Shown piece by piece: positions 1 through 10,380 of a stretch of DNA of 64,000 nucleotides. Source of the DNA: Octopus sinensis (taxonomy: Eukaryota); the NCBI RefSeq assembly GCF_006345805.1, contig NC_042997.1, forward strand, positions 85,188,001 to 85,252,000, written 5' to 3'. Every line of letters starts with the position of its first letter. Positions within the stretch are counted from its first letter, which is position 1. Under the pieces are notes generated by a model. It saw only the letters and a program-made list of their open reading frames with translations, did not search any database and was not told where the DNA came from. The position numbers and the translations under genes were made by a program.

Positions 1-96
1 GATGGAATTAAGGTTGTGTATTTTGACTTTCTAAAGGTCATTAGGAAATGGATTAATATGAACATTGTAATCTTAGCTCTGAAGAATTACATATAG

Positions 97-97
<1 letters not shown>

Positions 98-131
<34 letters not shown>

Positions 132-184
132 GCGCGCGTGCATGTGTGAGCGTGTGTACGTGCGTGCGTGCGTATGTGTTTGTG

Positions 185-220
<36 letters not shown>

Positions 221-232
221 TGTGTGTGTTTA
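98..232. repeat. (GT)n microsatellite, imperfect
   Basis: Direct reading; explains ORF 101..316. Confidence 0.95.
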
Positions 233-874
233 ACACGTTTATGCATGTATATACGTGTGCACAGTAGTGAGTTAATGTGTTCTTATATGTTGGTGTATGT
301 AGATATACAAAAGTAATTCTTGCATTCTAAGTGCCCGGGTGTGTTTGATTACGTTTAATGTATAATATACGCGTATTTACTTTTTTGTTTGTTGTGTTAT
401 TTTTTTTTTGTCATTTATTCCAGGGCTGGTGAAAGAAGACAGGACATTACCCTCAACTTGGAGACCTGGTTTGTATGCTTGCGAGAAAATGAACTCTTCT
501 AAAGGCGCCCAAGAACCAGGTTGTGGTGTAAAACTGGGCGATGGCTTAGGTCAATCACTGAAAAGCAACTCGTTCGACATTATTAATTATTTCACCATTT
601 TACTGCCCAGGAATCTCATATTTTATCATTGACCTCAGAAAGATGAAAAGCAAAGTTGGTCTCAGAATGCAAATGAATACTGCAAGGCATTTTGTCCTAT
701 ATTCACTGACTCTGCCAATTTATGGAATGCTTTCCCACTGAAGTTCCGCCAGTAAGTTCATAATAAGGAAGCAAGCCCTTGATTTAGTGTTGAATAATAT
801 TTAGGGATTTCTGCGAATCTCTAATTTTCCCAAGGTAGCTGTTCACGATTGGTACTTATTCATTATATTTAATT

Positions 875-931
875 GGGGTTCTAATCCATTTAGCTTAATC
901 GAAAGCCTTCGATAGGGTTGACCATCAGTAC
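875..931 (+). pseudogene. L1/Tx1-like reverse transcriptase fragment
   Basis: Manual translation gives GVLIHLA*SKAFDRVDHQY, matching the LINE RT motif LDxSKAFDRVDH typical of Tx1/L1; contains an in-frame stop. Confidence 0.65.
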
Positions 932-1317
932 ACGCAAATGGGTTTAATCAAGGTTTCTGGGGCTGGGTCACGTCAGACTGTGTCAACTTCGTCTTTCATC
1001 TTTTGAGAGTCAATGAATAATGTATTAGTTCAGTGCTGAAGTAGATTCTTATTTTCTTTCTTTCTGCTGTATGTTTCTCTATGTGACCTGAAGAATTGAC
1101 CTGGAGAGGGTTGGGCCCTACTAGGTCTAAAATTTCCCAAACTACACCTTGTAGCACGACACCACGCCTACGATTCCATCAAGAATTGAGGGTCCTAGAT
1201 AAAGTATATTATAATGGCTATCATTCGAGTTCGTCTAAAAGGCGAGGGAAACGAAACCATTTTGCGCTCATTCGTCCAGTCCCTGTGCATTAGTGTCTTG
1301 TGGATTTATGTCGAACT

Positions 1318-1803
1318 ATTCTTGCTAAATGTAGTATAGAAATGCGTATCAAGCATAATCATTTTTATTGATCATTTTCTTATTTTCTCTCTTTACTGTA
1401 ACTAGTTATTTTATAAATGTCGATCCTCTCCCGTGTGGTAATTTAGTAATTTTATCAACGTGCAGCAAAATCCTCATAAATATCGACACCAACACTGTCC
1501 CGTGTGGGGTAAGCGCAATGCTCGGTAAGCGTATTCCTTAATTTTTGCTAATCAAATTAAAATTTTTTCATTGATATTTCTGACTATTTTATGAATATTG
1601 ATACATTCCAATATTCATAAAAATTATCAGATAGTAAAAGGTAAAAATTAATCACTTGTTGCACGTTATAAAATTACTAGATTACTCCATGGAAAAGCGT
1701 CAATATTCATAAAATTATTAGTCATCACTAACAAGGAAAAAGAAAAGAATTTATTTGATCAGCAAAATTAAAATACTATTTACTGCATGTTGCTAAGAAC
1801 TTC
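1318..1803. mobile_element. Old MITE-like / foldback element with degenerate long inverted repeats
   Basis: tagtaattttatcaacgtgcagcaa (1444-1468) pairs with ttgttgcacgttataaaattacta (1656-1679), with weaker complementarity further out. Internal 14-bp hairpin at 1587-1600/1609-1622. Boundaries approximate. Confidence 0.5.
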
Positions 1804-2502
1804 TGCTCTGTACTTGCCATGGCTATGTTGAATAGCTCTTGTCGGGTGTAAGACGGCTCCAGCTATCAGTGGAGCTCATCGCTCGGATCGACCATTGCAT
1901 TCTTGAAGCCGAAAAAGAGAGGCATTTTATCGCTTTCTAGTTGTCAAGGCGAGAAAGAGACTGAATAATAAACAAATTTAAAAGTAGTAGAGGCGGTCAA
2001 TAAAGCGCTCATCAACTACTTCAATAGGGAGGAGGTGCTATCCTGTAGGAAATTTATTGAAATGGTGTAAGGTACGTTACTGGAGAGAGTGCGAAGAGAG
2101 CAGCCTGAGTAATTAGCTCTTCGCTCTGATTGCGTAAGTAACTCGGAGAACACAATCCTCATAGTCAAAATACTTCTGGTAGTTTTCTTCCGACAGGTAC
2201 GTTTTATTTTACGCCTTCTTCTATAATTTGTTTCCCATGCCAAGTTTTTCGTAATCAATTATGCATAAACCCTCCCAATTTTTGTAAAAGTTCTTTTTAA
2301 CAGTGGCTACTTCGAAAATAAAAAGAAATTATCATCATTAGTCCCAGGTTCAGAAAAGACTAAGATTGGGCACTTAACACCTAGGATGTGGTCAGAAGCT
2401 CACCGCCCTTTACTAGTTGTCCGATCGGTAGAAATTCCACCTTAGCAATATATAGAGATCTAGTGGCGGGTAAATGCGACTAACGTCCTCAGGTTAACTC
2501 CA

Positions 2503-3010
2503 AACGTCGACGAGGACGAACTAGCAGGTCTGTTTCGGAGGACATTCGGGCGGAAGATGACTACGGATAGAAATACCTGGCCTGACAGTGCTATCGAAAG
2601 GCACTGTCGGTTTAAGATATAATCTATAGGCACTGAAGTACCACCAGGCGGGATTGCCCGAGATGCGCGCAGAGCGACGAAACCGTAATGCAAACACTCT
2701 TGCAGTGACCGAGCATTGATGACTTGTGGAGGGAAGTCAAGCAGTTGTTAGAACGAAACCGACTATCGGCACATAGAACAAATCCGACTGTCAGTAAAAA
2801 TCGCCCTACCACTGACACTTAAAAAAAGGTGGGGCGAGCTTTGTTTCCCAGTCTAGTGGCTATGATGAAAAAGTTTGTGTAGTAGATTGAGGAAAGTAGC
2901 TTCGGTCGAACCCTCATCGAAATTTTTAAGTTCCACTTTGAAAGAAAACTGAAGGTGGAGAGGGAAATGCTCTCTTCATCAGTGAAGTTGTCAAAAGGTA
3001 GATGATTGTG
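2503..3010 (+). pseudogene. L1/Tx1-like ORF2 C-terminal fragment (zinc-knuckle region)
   Basis: Manual translation across stops and frameshifts: NVDEDELAGLFRRTFG...QCYRKALSV...RRDCPRCAQSDETVMQTLLQ*PSIDDLWREVKQLL...FKFHFERKLKVEREMLSS. The CPRC-x-ET-x-L-x-C pattern fits L1/Tx1 C-termini. 1850-2110 may be a second, more decayed copy (ALINYFNREEVLSCRKFIE). Confidence 0.6.
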
Positions 3011-3045
3011 ACAAAAAAGGTTAAATGGGCCTACTCTAAGCATAG

Positions 3046-3278
3046 CTATTTCTTTATTACCCACAAGGGGCCAAACACAGAGAGGACAAGCAAGGACAGA
3101 CAAACGGATTAAGTCGATTATATCGACCCCAGTGCGTAACTGGTACTTATTTAATCGCCGCCGAAAGGATGAAAGGCAAAGTCGACCTCGGCGGAATTTG
3201 AACTCAGAACGTACCGGCAGACGAAATACTGCTAAGCATTTCGCCCGGCGTGCTAACGTTTCTGCCAGCTCGCCGCCT
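3046..3278 (-). mobile_element. tRNA-derived SINE (family A), full-length with 14-bp TSD
   Basis: Head gcggcgagctggcagaaacgttagc...gttctgagttcaaattcc (B-box-like); body gcctttcatcctttcgg...gtaccagttacgcactggggtcgat. Exact direct repeat tactctaagcatag at 3032-3045 and 3279-3292. Near-identical copy at 35823-36057. Confidence 0.9.
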
Positions 3279-3424
3279 TACTCTAAGCATAGACCTATAG
3301 ACTGGAGAATAATAGTTGGGATAGGGCTTGTACCCCTAGTGATCGAGTGATCCAGGATATGTGGAGTCCTTTGATTACCACTAGCCAGAGATTCGCGTCA
3401 TAGATGTGAGCACAAAATTTTGTA

Positions 3425-3585
3425 TACATTATTTACATTATTTACATTATTTACAATTGACGGGTGTTTATCCTCATCTTGTTTGTTGTTAACTCAACGA
3501 TTCGGCTAATATACCCTCCAGCCTTCATCAGATGTCTTAGGGAAATTTCGAACCTGGGTTCTCATTCCTAAACTATTTTCGATGT
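3425..3585 (-). mobile_element. 3' half of a SINE-like element carrying a hammerhead-like motif and a 9-bp (AATAATGTA)n tail
   Basis: Tandem tacattatt x3 at 3425-3451 and a hammerhead-like core at 3491-3536. Linkage to the tRNA-like head at 7474-7542 is from recollection of an octopus repeat family and is not verified. Confidence 0.6.
3491..3536 (-). ncRNA. Degenerate minimal type I hammerhead ribozyme motif
   Basis: Minus strand: gacat-CTGATGA-a-ggctg(gagggtatat)tagcc-GAAT-cg-TT-gagtt. The CUGANGA core and stem II are intact; GAAA reads GAAT and stem I has mismatches. Confidence 0.6.
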
Positions 3586-3738
3586 TGTTGTTGTTGTTGT
3601 TGGTTGTTGTTGTGTTGTTCTTCTTCTTCTTCTTCTTCTTCTTTTCTTTCTTTTCTTCTTATTTTCTTCTTCTTCTTCTTCTTCTTCTCTTCTTCTTCTT
3701 CTTCTTCTTTCATCTATTTCTTCTTATTATTATTATTA

Positions 3739-3824
<86 letters not shown>
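3583..3824. repeat. Compound (GTT)n-(TTC)n-(TTA)n microsatellite
   Basis: Direct reading; (TTA)n spans about 3724-3824 and abuts the 3' end of the Dong-like element. Confidence 0.95.
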
Positions 3825-3827
<3 letters not shown>

Positions 3828-6800
3828 TAGTTTTATTTTTATAGCGTGCTTTCACTTCACTACCGAGCGCAGCTCTGTGTGCCTTGGGTATGTGCTGTGA
3901 TTGTTGTGATGCTCTGATGGTATTGTATGGAGAGTGTTCTGCGTAGGATGTGTGCAGTGCCTAGTAGTGCAATTTTCTGTATGTTATGTGTTTGTAAGTC
4001 CTGGTGTTTTTGTTATGTATTTGTCTGAATATTTTTTTATCATGCCTAATGATAGGAATTGTTTCTGTTTTCAGATTCCACATTCTAGTTACCTCTATTT
4101 CCAGGTCTTTGTATTTTGAGAGTTTCTCCATTTCTTTTAGAGACACGTTGTCATCTGCCGGTATTGATACATCAATTAGAAAGCATTTTTTTTCATCATG
4201 ATCTCTGACAACTATATCTGGTCTGTTGGCCTTAATTTCTCTATCTGTGTGTATCGGCATATCCCAGAGTATGGTTGCTTTCTCGTTTTCTGTGACCTTT
4301 TCTGGTGTGTGCCTATACCATCTTTTTTCTGTTGTTATTCCATAATGTTGGTATAGCTTCCAATGTATGTAGGTTCCAACTCTGTCATGTCTGTGAATAT
4401 TATTTTCTTTAGCCAGGACTGGGCAGCTAGAGATAATATGATTTATTGTTTCTTGTCCATCTCCACATATTCTGCAGTTACTTGTAATATTTCTTTTCAT
4501 TACATGTTTTTGGTAATTTTGGTGGGGAGGCTTTGGTCTTGTGCTGCAATTAAAAATCCCTCTGTTTCTGCTTTGAGTCCTGAGCTTCTCAAGCATTGCT
4601 GGGATTTCTTTGTCTATTCTTTTGCGTTTAGTTTAGTGCAGTATTTACCACGAAGGGGCTTTTCTTGCCATCGTTTTATCATGGTTCGTTGCTGTTCTAT
4701 TTTAGTTTAGATTCATTTGTTTTATAGCTTTTGTTGTTTCTTCATCATTTCTTCTTCTTTCTTCGTGTTATTAGGTGGTATGATTTCTTGTTTGTATTTG
4801 TCAGCTTCCTTAAATACTGAGAACAGTTTTTGTTTTGCTCGTGTTTTGCTGCTATCTGGATCAGTTTTCCTTCCTTCTGAAGTAGGTATTTTTGCAGTCC
4901 TATGGTGGTTATTTTATAGTAGTTTTCCAGCTGTATAAGGCCTCTACCACCTTCTATACGTTGTATATATAGTCTTTCTATGTCAGATTTTGGGTGATGC
5001 ATCCTAGATCCTGTCAGTATTTTTCTTGTTTTCCTGTCTATTTTGGACAGTTCATTTCGTGTCCAGTTAAGGATATTGTAGCTGTAACTTATAACTGGGA
5101 CAGCTAAAGTGTTGATACCTATTATCTTGTTTTTAGCATTGAGCTCTGTTTTTAGTATTGATCTAACTCGTCTATAATATTCTTTTTTTATTTTCTCTTT
5201 TGTGTGTGTTGTGTCTTATCTAGTTCATGGATTCCTAAGTATTTGTAAGTTTGGCTTTGGTCTAATTCTTTTATTTCATTGGTTTTATCTAGTGTGATGT
5301 TGTTACTCTTAACTAGTTTGTAGGACTGTTTGCCATTTATTCATAGAGTGCTCTATGAATTTTATGATTGTTGGTGCTACTTTGTTAATAGCTAGTGTTT
5401 CGAGGATCCATGTGTGGGGGATGCTATCAAACGCCTTTTTGTAGTCAATCCAGGCCATACTGAGGCCTTTCTTCTTTCTGTGGCTGTCTTCAGTTACGGC
5501 TTTATTAATCATTAGTTGATCTTTACAGCCATATGAGCCTTGCGGCATCCTTTCTGCTCTTCTGGGAACAGTTTGTTTTCGTCCAGGTGCTTGTTCAGCC
5601 TTTGCGATATCACTGCAGTAAATGCCTTGAACATAGTAGGGAGGCAGGTTATTGGTCTGTAGTTTTCTGGTTTTGCTGTTTCATTTGATTTGGGAATTAA
5701 GATGGTTTTCCCCTTCGTGAGCCATTCAGGCATTGTCTCTGGCTCTGCTAGTATGCTGTTAAAGTTTTCAGCCAGCTTTTTGTGCATTCCTGTTAGATAT
5801 TTCAACCAGAAGTTGGGGATCTTGTCATGCCCAGGTGCCTTCCAGTTGCTTAGTTTTTGCAGTGCCTGGGTGACCTCTTCAGTTGTTATGGGGGTCCAAA
5901 GTTGTTCAGATGCCGAGTTTGTTATTTTGATACTCCTTTTTTTTGGCTGTTCGTTCGCCGACCATATTTCTCTCCAGAATTCTTCCAATTCTTCTGCCGT
6001 TGGTGCTGCAGTGACTTCTATTTTACTTTTTCCCAGTTCTTGGTAGAACTTTTTGGGGTTGGTGTTGAACTTTTTGTTCTGTTCAAAGAAGCGTTGGTGT
6101 TTCTCGTACCGGCGGATCCTTTGAGCTTTGGCAAGGATATCTTGCTTCAGCTTTTCTTTTATCTCCGGCAAATCTTTTTCTGTGATGTTATATTTGCGGA
6201 GCATTTTTGTTCTCTTTTTGTTGCTCAGTAGCGTTGATTGTTTGCTGACTTCATTAAGAATCGACAGGTCTTTTCTAATTTTTTTAATTTTGTTTTGGAT
6301 GTTATTTATCCACAGGGTTTGTTTGGGTGGTGGTACTCCTGTTTGGGCGGGTTTGGGTGAGTATCCAGCTTCTTTTGTGGCTGCAGTGGCTGCTGCGTAT
6401 ATCAAGTCATTTAGTTCAGTGATATCACTTTTTTTTGTTTCAGTGGCTATCAGTTCAGTGACGGCTAGGTTTATGCTGTTTATAATTGGTGTTGTTATTT
6501 CGTTTATTTTTATTCTTGGGAGGTATGGTCGATGGTCCATTTTGGGCTCTGTGGTTTTCAGTTCTTTGATTATTTTATTTTTTATATTATCATAATCGTT
6601 AGGCTCCCCTTCGTTGTTTACATCGTGTTTGTTGGGAATGTTGCGTTTGTCTTCGTGTTTTACAGTTTCAGTGTTTATATTATTGGGCATTGTTGTGTGG
6701 CTTCTATCTACATTTTCCTGGTGTATTTTTTCTTTTAAATGTTCTATTTCTATTTCTGATATTTTTTTGGCTTTGAGAATGTATCTTCGTACGTTAGCTA

Positions 6801-7427
6801 ATTTATTAGGGTTCATTGCTGTATCCAAGTCTATATCTCTATTATTTTCCTTCCATATTTTATATGTATGTGTTGTTGTATTTTCATTTTTTGGGTAGAG
6901 CATTGCTGTGAAGTATGCGTGTAAGATAGAAATGTATTCCTCACGTGTCCATTTACGTCTTTTGGGTTTTATTTGCGGGACATGAGGTACAACGTCCGGC
7001 CCATTATTTTGACGGTCGTCATTTTCGTAGGGTACCGGTCCGTTTATTTCTGTTGTCACATTATTTCGCACGTGTAGTTTTTCGTACATTTTTTGTTGCA
7101 AGTTTAATGTACGTACCGCTCGATTGTTATTCTTGGGTTGAATAGTATCGGTGGCATTTAATTTCTTCGTAGTTCCTTTGTACATGGTGTTTGAGGTCAG
7201 GGATGATCGTGATGTTCCACGCATGTTTACATGTGTTGTGTTAGAGGTGGAGATAATATCGAGTCAAAATACATCATTTCGTTTCGAAAATAGTAATAAA
7301 TTTCAATTAGTATTACTTACTCGGATACAGTCCAATTCTTTGTTAGTAAATCTTTGGCTCCATAGGATGTCCTTGTTTTCGATGTTTGTGGATAGATTTC
7401 GGAGCTCTGTATTTTCCTTCTCACATC
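3825..7427 (-). mobile_element. R4/Dong-clade non-LTR retrotransposon (RT + CCHC + restriction-like endonuclease), near full-length, inactivated
   Basis: N-terminal RRKWTREE...LANVRRYI motif. RT motifs WKAPGHDKIPNFWLK, NYRPITCLPT, EEQKGCR, WIDYKKAFDSIPH, YKYLG. Further motifs LY...GGRGL, GLKAETEGFLIAAQDQ, zinc knuckle CRICGDGQETINHIISSC, RLE ANRPDIVV...IDVSIP...EKLSKYKDL, and C-terminal LLGTAHILRR. (TTA)n lies on both sides. Confidence 0.9.
5512..7224 (-). pseudogene. 5' 570 codons of the Dong/R4-like ORF (N-terminal domain and RT start), frameshifted near 5535
   Basis: ORF track. The reading continues in another frame (5309..5548, GSYGCKDQLMIN...) and in downstream fragments 4745..5002 and 3961..4596. 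Confidence 0.85.
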
Positions 7428-7473
7428 TTATTATTATTATTATTATTATTATTATATTATTATTATTATTATT

Positions 7474-7542
7474 CAGATCACTGCCTGGAATCGAACTCGG
7501 AATCTTGAGGTTAAGAGCGTGGGCTACTAACCCCAAGATTCT
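7474..7542 (-). mobile_element. tRNA-like SINE head fragment with fold-back rearrangement
   Basis: Minus strand ...caagattccGAGTTCGATTCCaggcagtgatctg-(AAT)n contains a Pol III B-box. aatcttgaggtta and taaccccaagatt form an inverted repeat. Confidence 0.6.
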
Positions 7543-7590
7543 TATGTATGTATGTATGTATGTATGTATGTATGTATGTATGTATGTATG

Positions 7591-7644
<54 letters not shown>

Positions 7645-7803
7645 ATATATACATGCATATATACACACATACATGTAAATGCCTACATATATATGTATAT
7701 ATATATGCATATATACGCACATACATGTACATGCCTACATATACATGCATATATGGGTACATATATATATGTGTGTGTATGTATGTATATATGTATTTAT
7801 GTA

Positions 7804-9058
7804 CAGGATGTGATGGGTAAATTGTCGTCGTAGTTAATATTTTTATATAGTTTTATATTTCTAATTTTGTGCATGCGCATTGTTTGTTTTGTTTTTGATT
7901 TTGTCGTCTACACAGTATAGTAGGGTCAGTTGGACACCGAGTGTGAGAAAAACAGAACCATGACGCAATTCACTGCCACAAATTTCGAAACTACATGCTG
8001 TACTGCTTGGCATTCGTGCCGGAAGCTCCAGTACAAACATTTCAACGTGTATGGGTGTCGATCTGAAGACAGACAGTGCAGAGGTTTCAGAAAGATTTGG
8101 TGATTATGAAGATACGGCTGGTCGGAAAATTCACTCAGATCGTTCTGATAAGAAAAGAACTGAATTTATTGGTGAGATCCAGGCCATGATTGACAATCAG
8201 GTCCATCGCCAGGGACATGGGACTGTCTAAGTTTCTTATTTGGCAGGTAGTGCATGGAAACATTCGGTATTCCTCATACAAGATGAGAATGGGCCAATTT
8301 TTGTCCCAACCCATCAAGAACATAAGGAAAGTCCGCGCTACGAAGCTTTTCAACAAACTCAAGCATCCCCTCCAACTGAAAATTTCTGCCAGGATCAGAT
8401 GGTGAACGCACAGAACAACCGTTGGCTTGCCGTGCCCCCAAAACATGTACCGAGAGTGATAAAAATCAGACATCTAGTCAACATCATGGTATTTAGAGTG
8501 ACCACTAGTGATGGCGACGTTATGCCTACATTTATCATTCTACACGACTTCAGACTCAACATGGAGTCCTACATCAAGTGTTTAGAGGAGGTGGTACTGC
8601 CCTGGGTCAAGAGGGTGGCTGCTGGGCTGCTGGAAGACTCTACGCCTGCAAACAGGACTCTGCACCATGCCGCATGAGCAGGAGAAACCAGTCATGACTA
8701 TTAGACACCCCTAGCATCTGGTCACCTAACTTCCCACACTGCAACCCCCTTGATTATTATGTGTGGGGTGCAGTTGAGAGAGAGACTAACAAAACTCTTT
8801 GTAACACCAAAGATGAACTGAAGGCAAGGACTATGGGAGCATTCGCCAACTTAAACAAGAAGACCGTCCAGAAGAGATGCAGGAGATTCCGAAGTCGTCT
8901 GGAGGCCGTGGTTAAAGCCAATGGCGATTTTATTGAATAAATTTACTTTTTAGTATTTGAAAATATTTTTTGTAATTTTGGTAAATATATCTGTTAAAAT
9001 GAGATGTCAGTGCTATTTTCATTTTTGCGCAATTTATATGACAATTCACCGTACTCTG
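7804..9058 (+). mobile_element. Tc1/mariner superfamily (maT/DD37D-like) transposon, degenerate
   Basis: TA flanks on both sides and imperfect TIRs (cagg...ggtaaattgtc / gacaattcacc...ctg). Translated fragments NAQNNRWLA, YIKCLEEVVLPWVKRVAAG, QDSAPC, W.PN...CNPLDYYVWGAVERETN and RFRSRLEAVVKANGDFIE* (stop at 8940). Confidence 0.85.
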
Positions 9059-9072
9059 TATATCTATTTGTA

Positions 9073-9111
<39 letters not shown>

Positions 9112-9436
9112 GTGTGTAGTTTTTTTATTGAGACTGGAACTGAGAGTTTGTCTCGCGACAATGTCTCTTCAGGCGAAACAGTCCCTTCGCAGTAGCGTGA
9201 AACACGAGCTACTAGACAAATTCAGTTTCAATTTTGAATAAAAATTTAAAAAATCATGTCCTCTACAACATATGTTGAGCACTCCTTTCTCATTCGTTTG
9301 ACACTGAGCAACTTACGTATATGTATATACATACTTGCATTGAAACATACACTCATGCACATATATATATATATATATATACATCATACATATGTGTGCA
9401 TGCGTGTATATGTGTGTGTGCGTGTGTGTGTGTGTG

Positions 9437-9472
<36 letters not shown>

Positions 9473-9795
9473 TACATACACTATGAGAAACACTACCCGA
9501 AGGACGGTCCTACTAACTGAAATAGCATTAACAAATATCATTTTCTTCACTCTACAGTCTTTTTTTCTTCATCACATAATTATTTTTAGTCAGCTTTACT
9601 AATGTTCTCTGCGTTAAATATGTTACCACTGACTTAACAAAATAAATTGGTTTATTATTACGTAGCAACAATAATTTCATCCGAGTAGAGAACATTTAAT
9701 ACCATATCGATTTATTGTTCATGTAACAGCGAAGAATATGTACCAGAGCTCTTGTTTTATATGAAGGGTGTATCTGCATTAGTGACAGTGGTAGT

Positions 9796-9844
<49 letters not shown>

Positions 9845-9944
9845 CTTTCTTATGGAAAAGCTTTCTCTCATGACAAACCCGTCTTTTCTACCTTCTTCAC
9901 AGTACACCTAAAACTATATTATCTACGATCTACATTTTATTTGT

Positions 9945-10380
9945 GTCAGTCACCGGGACAACCGCCACGCTGGGGCACCGCCTTCAAGAGATTTAATCGA
10001 ATGAATCGACCCGAGTACTTTTTCTTTTTAAACCTGCTACTTATTTTATCTGTGTCTTTTTGTCGAGCTGCTTTGTTACGTTGACATAAGCAACGAAAAC
10101 ACAAACACACAGACACACACATACATGCATGCATGCACACATACATACATCATACATACATACATACATTCATACATTCATACATACATACATCATACAT
10201 ACATGCATACATACATACATACAGACAGACAGACATGCATGCATTCTTTTAGTTTCCGTCGACCAAATCCACTTACGAAGCTTTGGTAGGCCCAGGGGCT
10301 ATAGTAGACACTCGCCCAAGGCGGCACGCAATAGGATAGAACCCACAACCATGTGATTAGGGAGCATACTTATTACTACA
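9945..10380 (-). mobile_element. tRNA-derived SINE (family B) with internal (ATAC)n expansion
   Basis: Shares ggggcaccgccttc...atcgacccgagtactt and tttagtttccgtcgaccaaatccac...ctatagtagacac with copies at 32050, 38635, 39830 and 40950. Confidence 0.7.

Noticed and set aside
7225-7427. HDV-like ribozyme in the Dong 5' UTR
   Set aside because: Some RLE elements have one, but no nested double-pseudoknot pattern was visible by eye.
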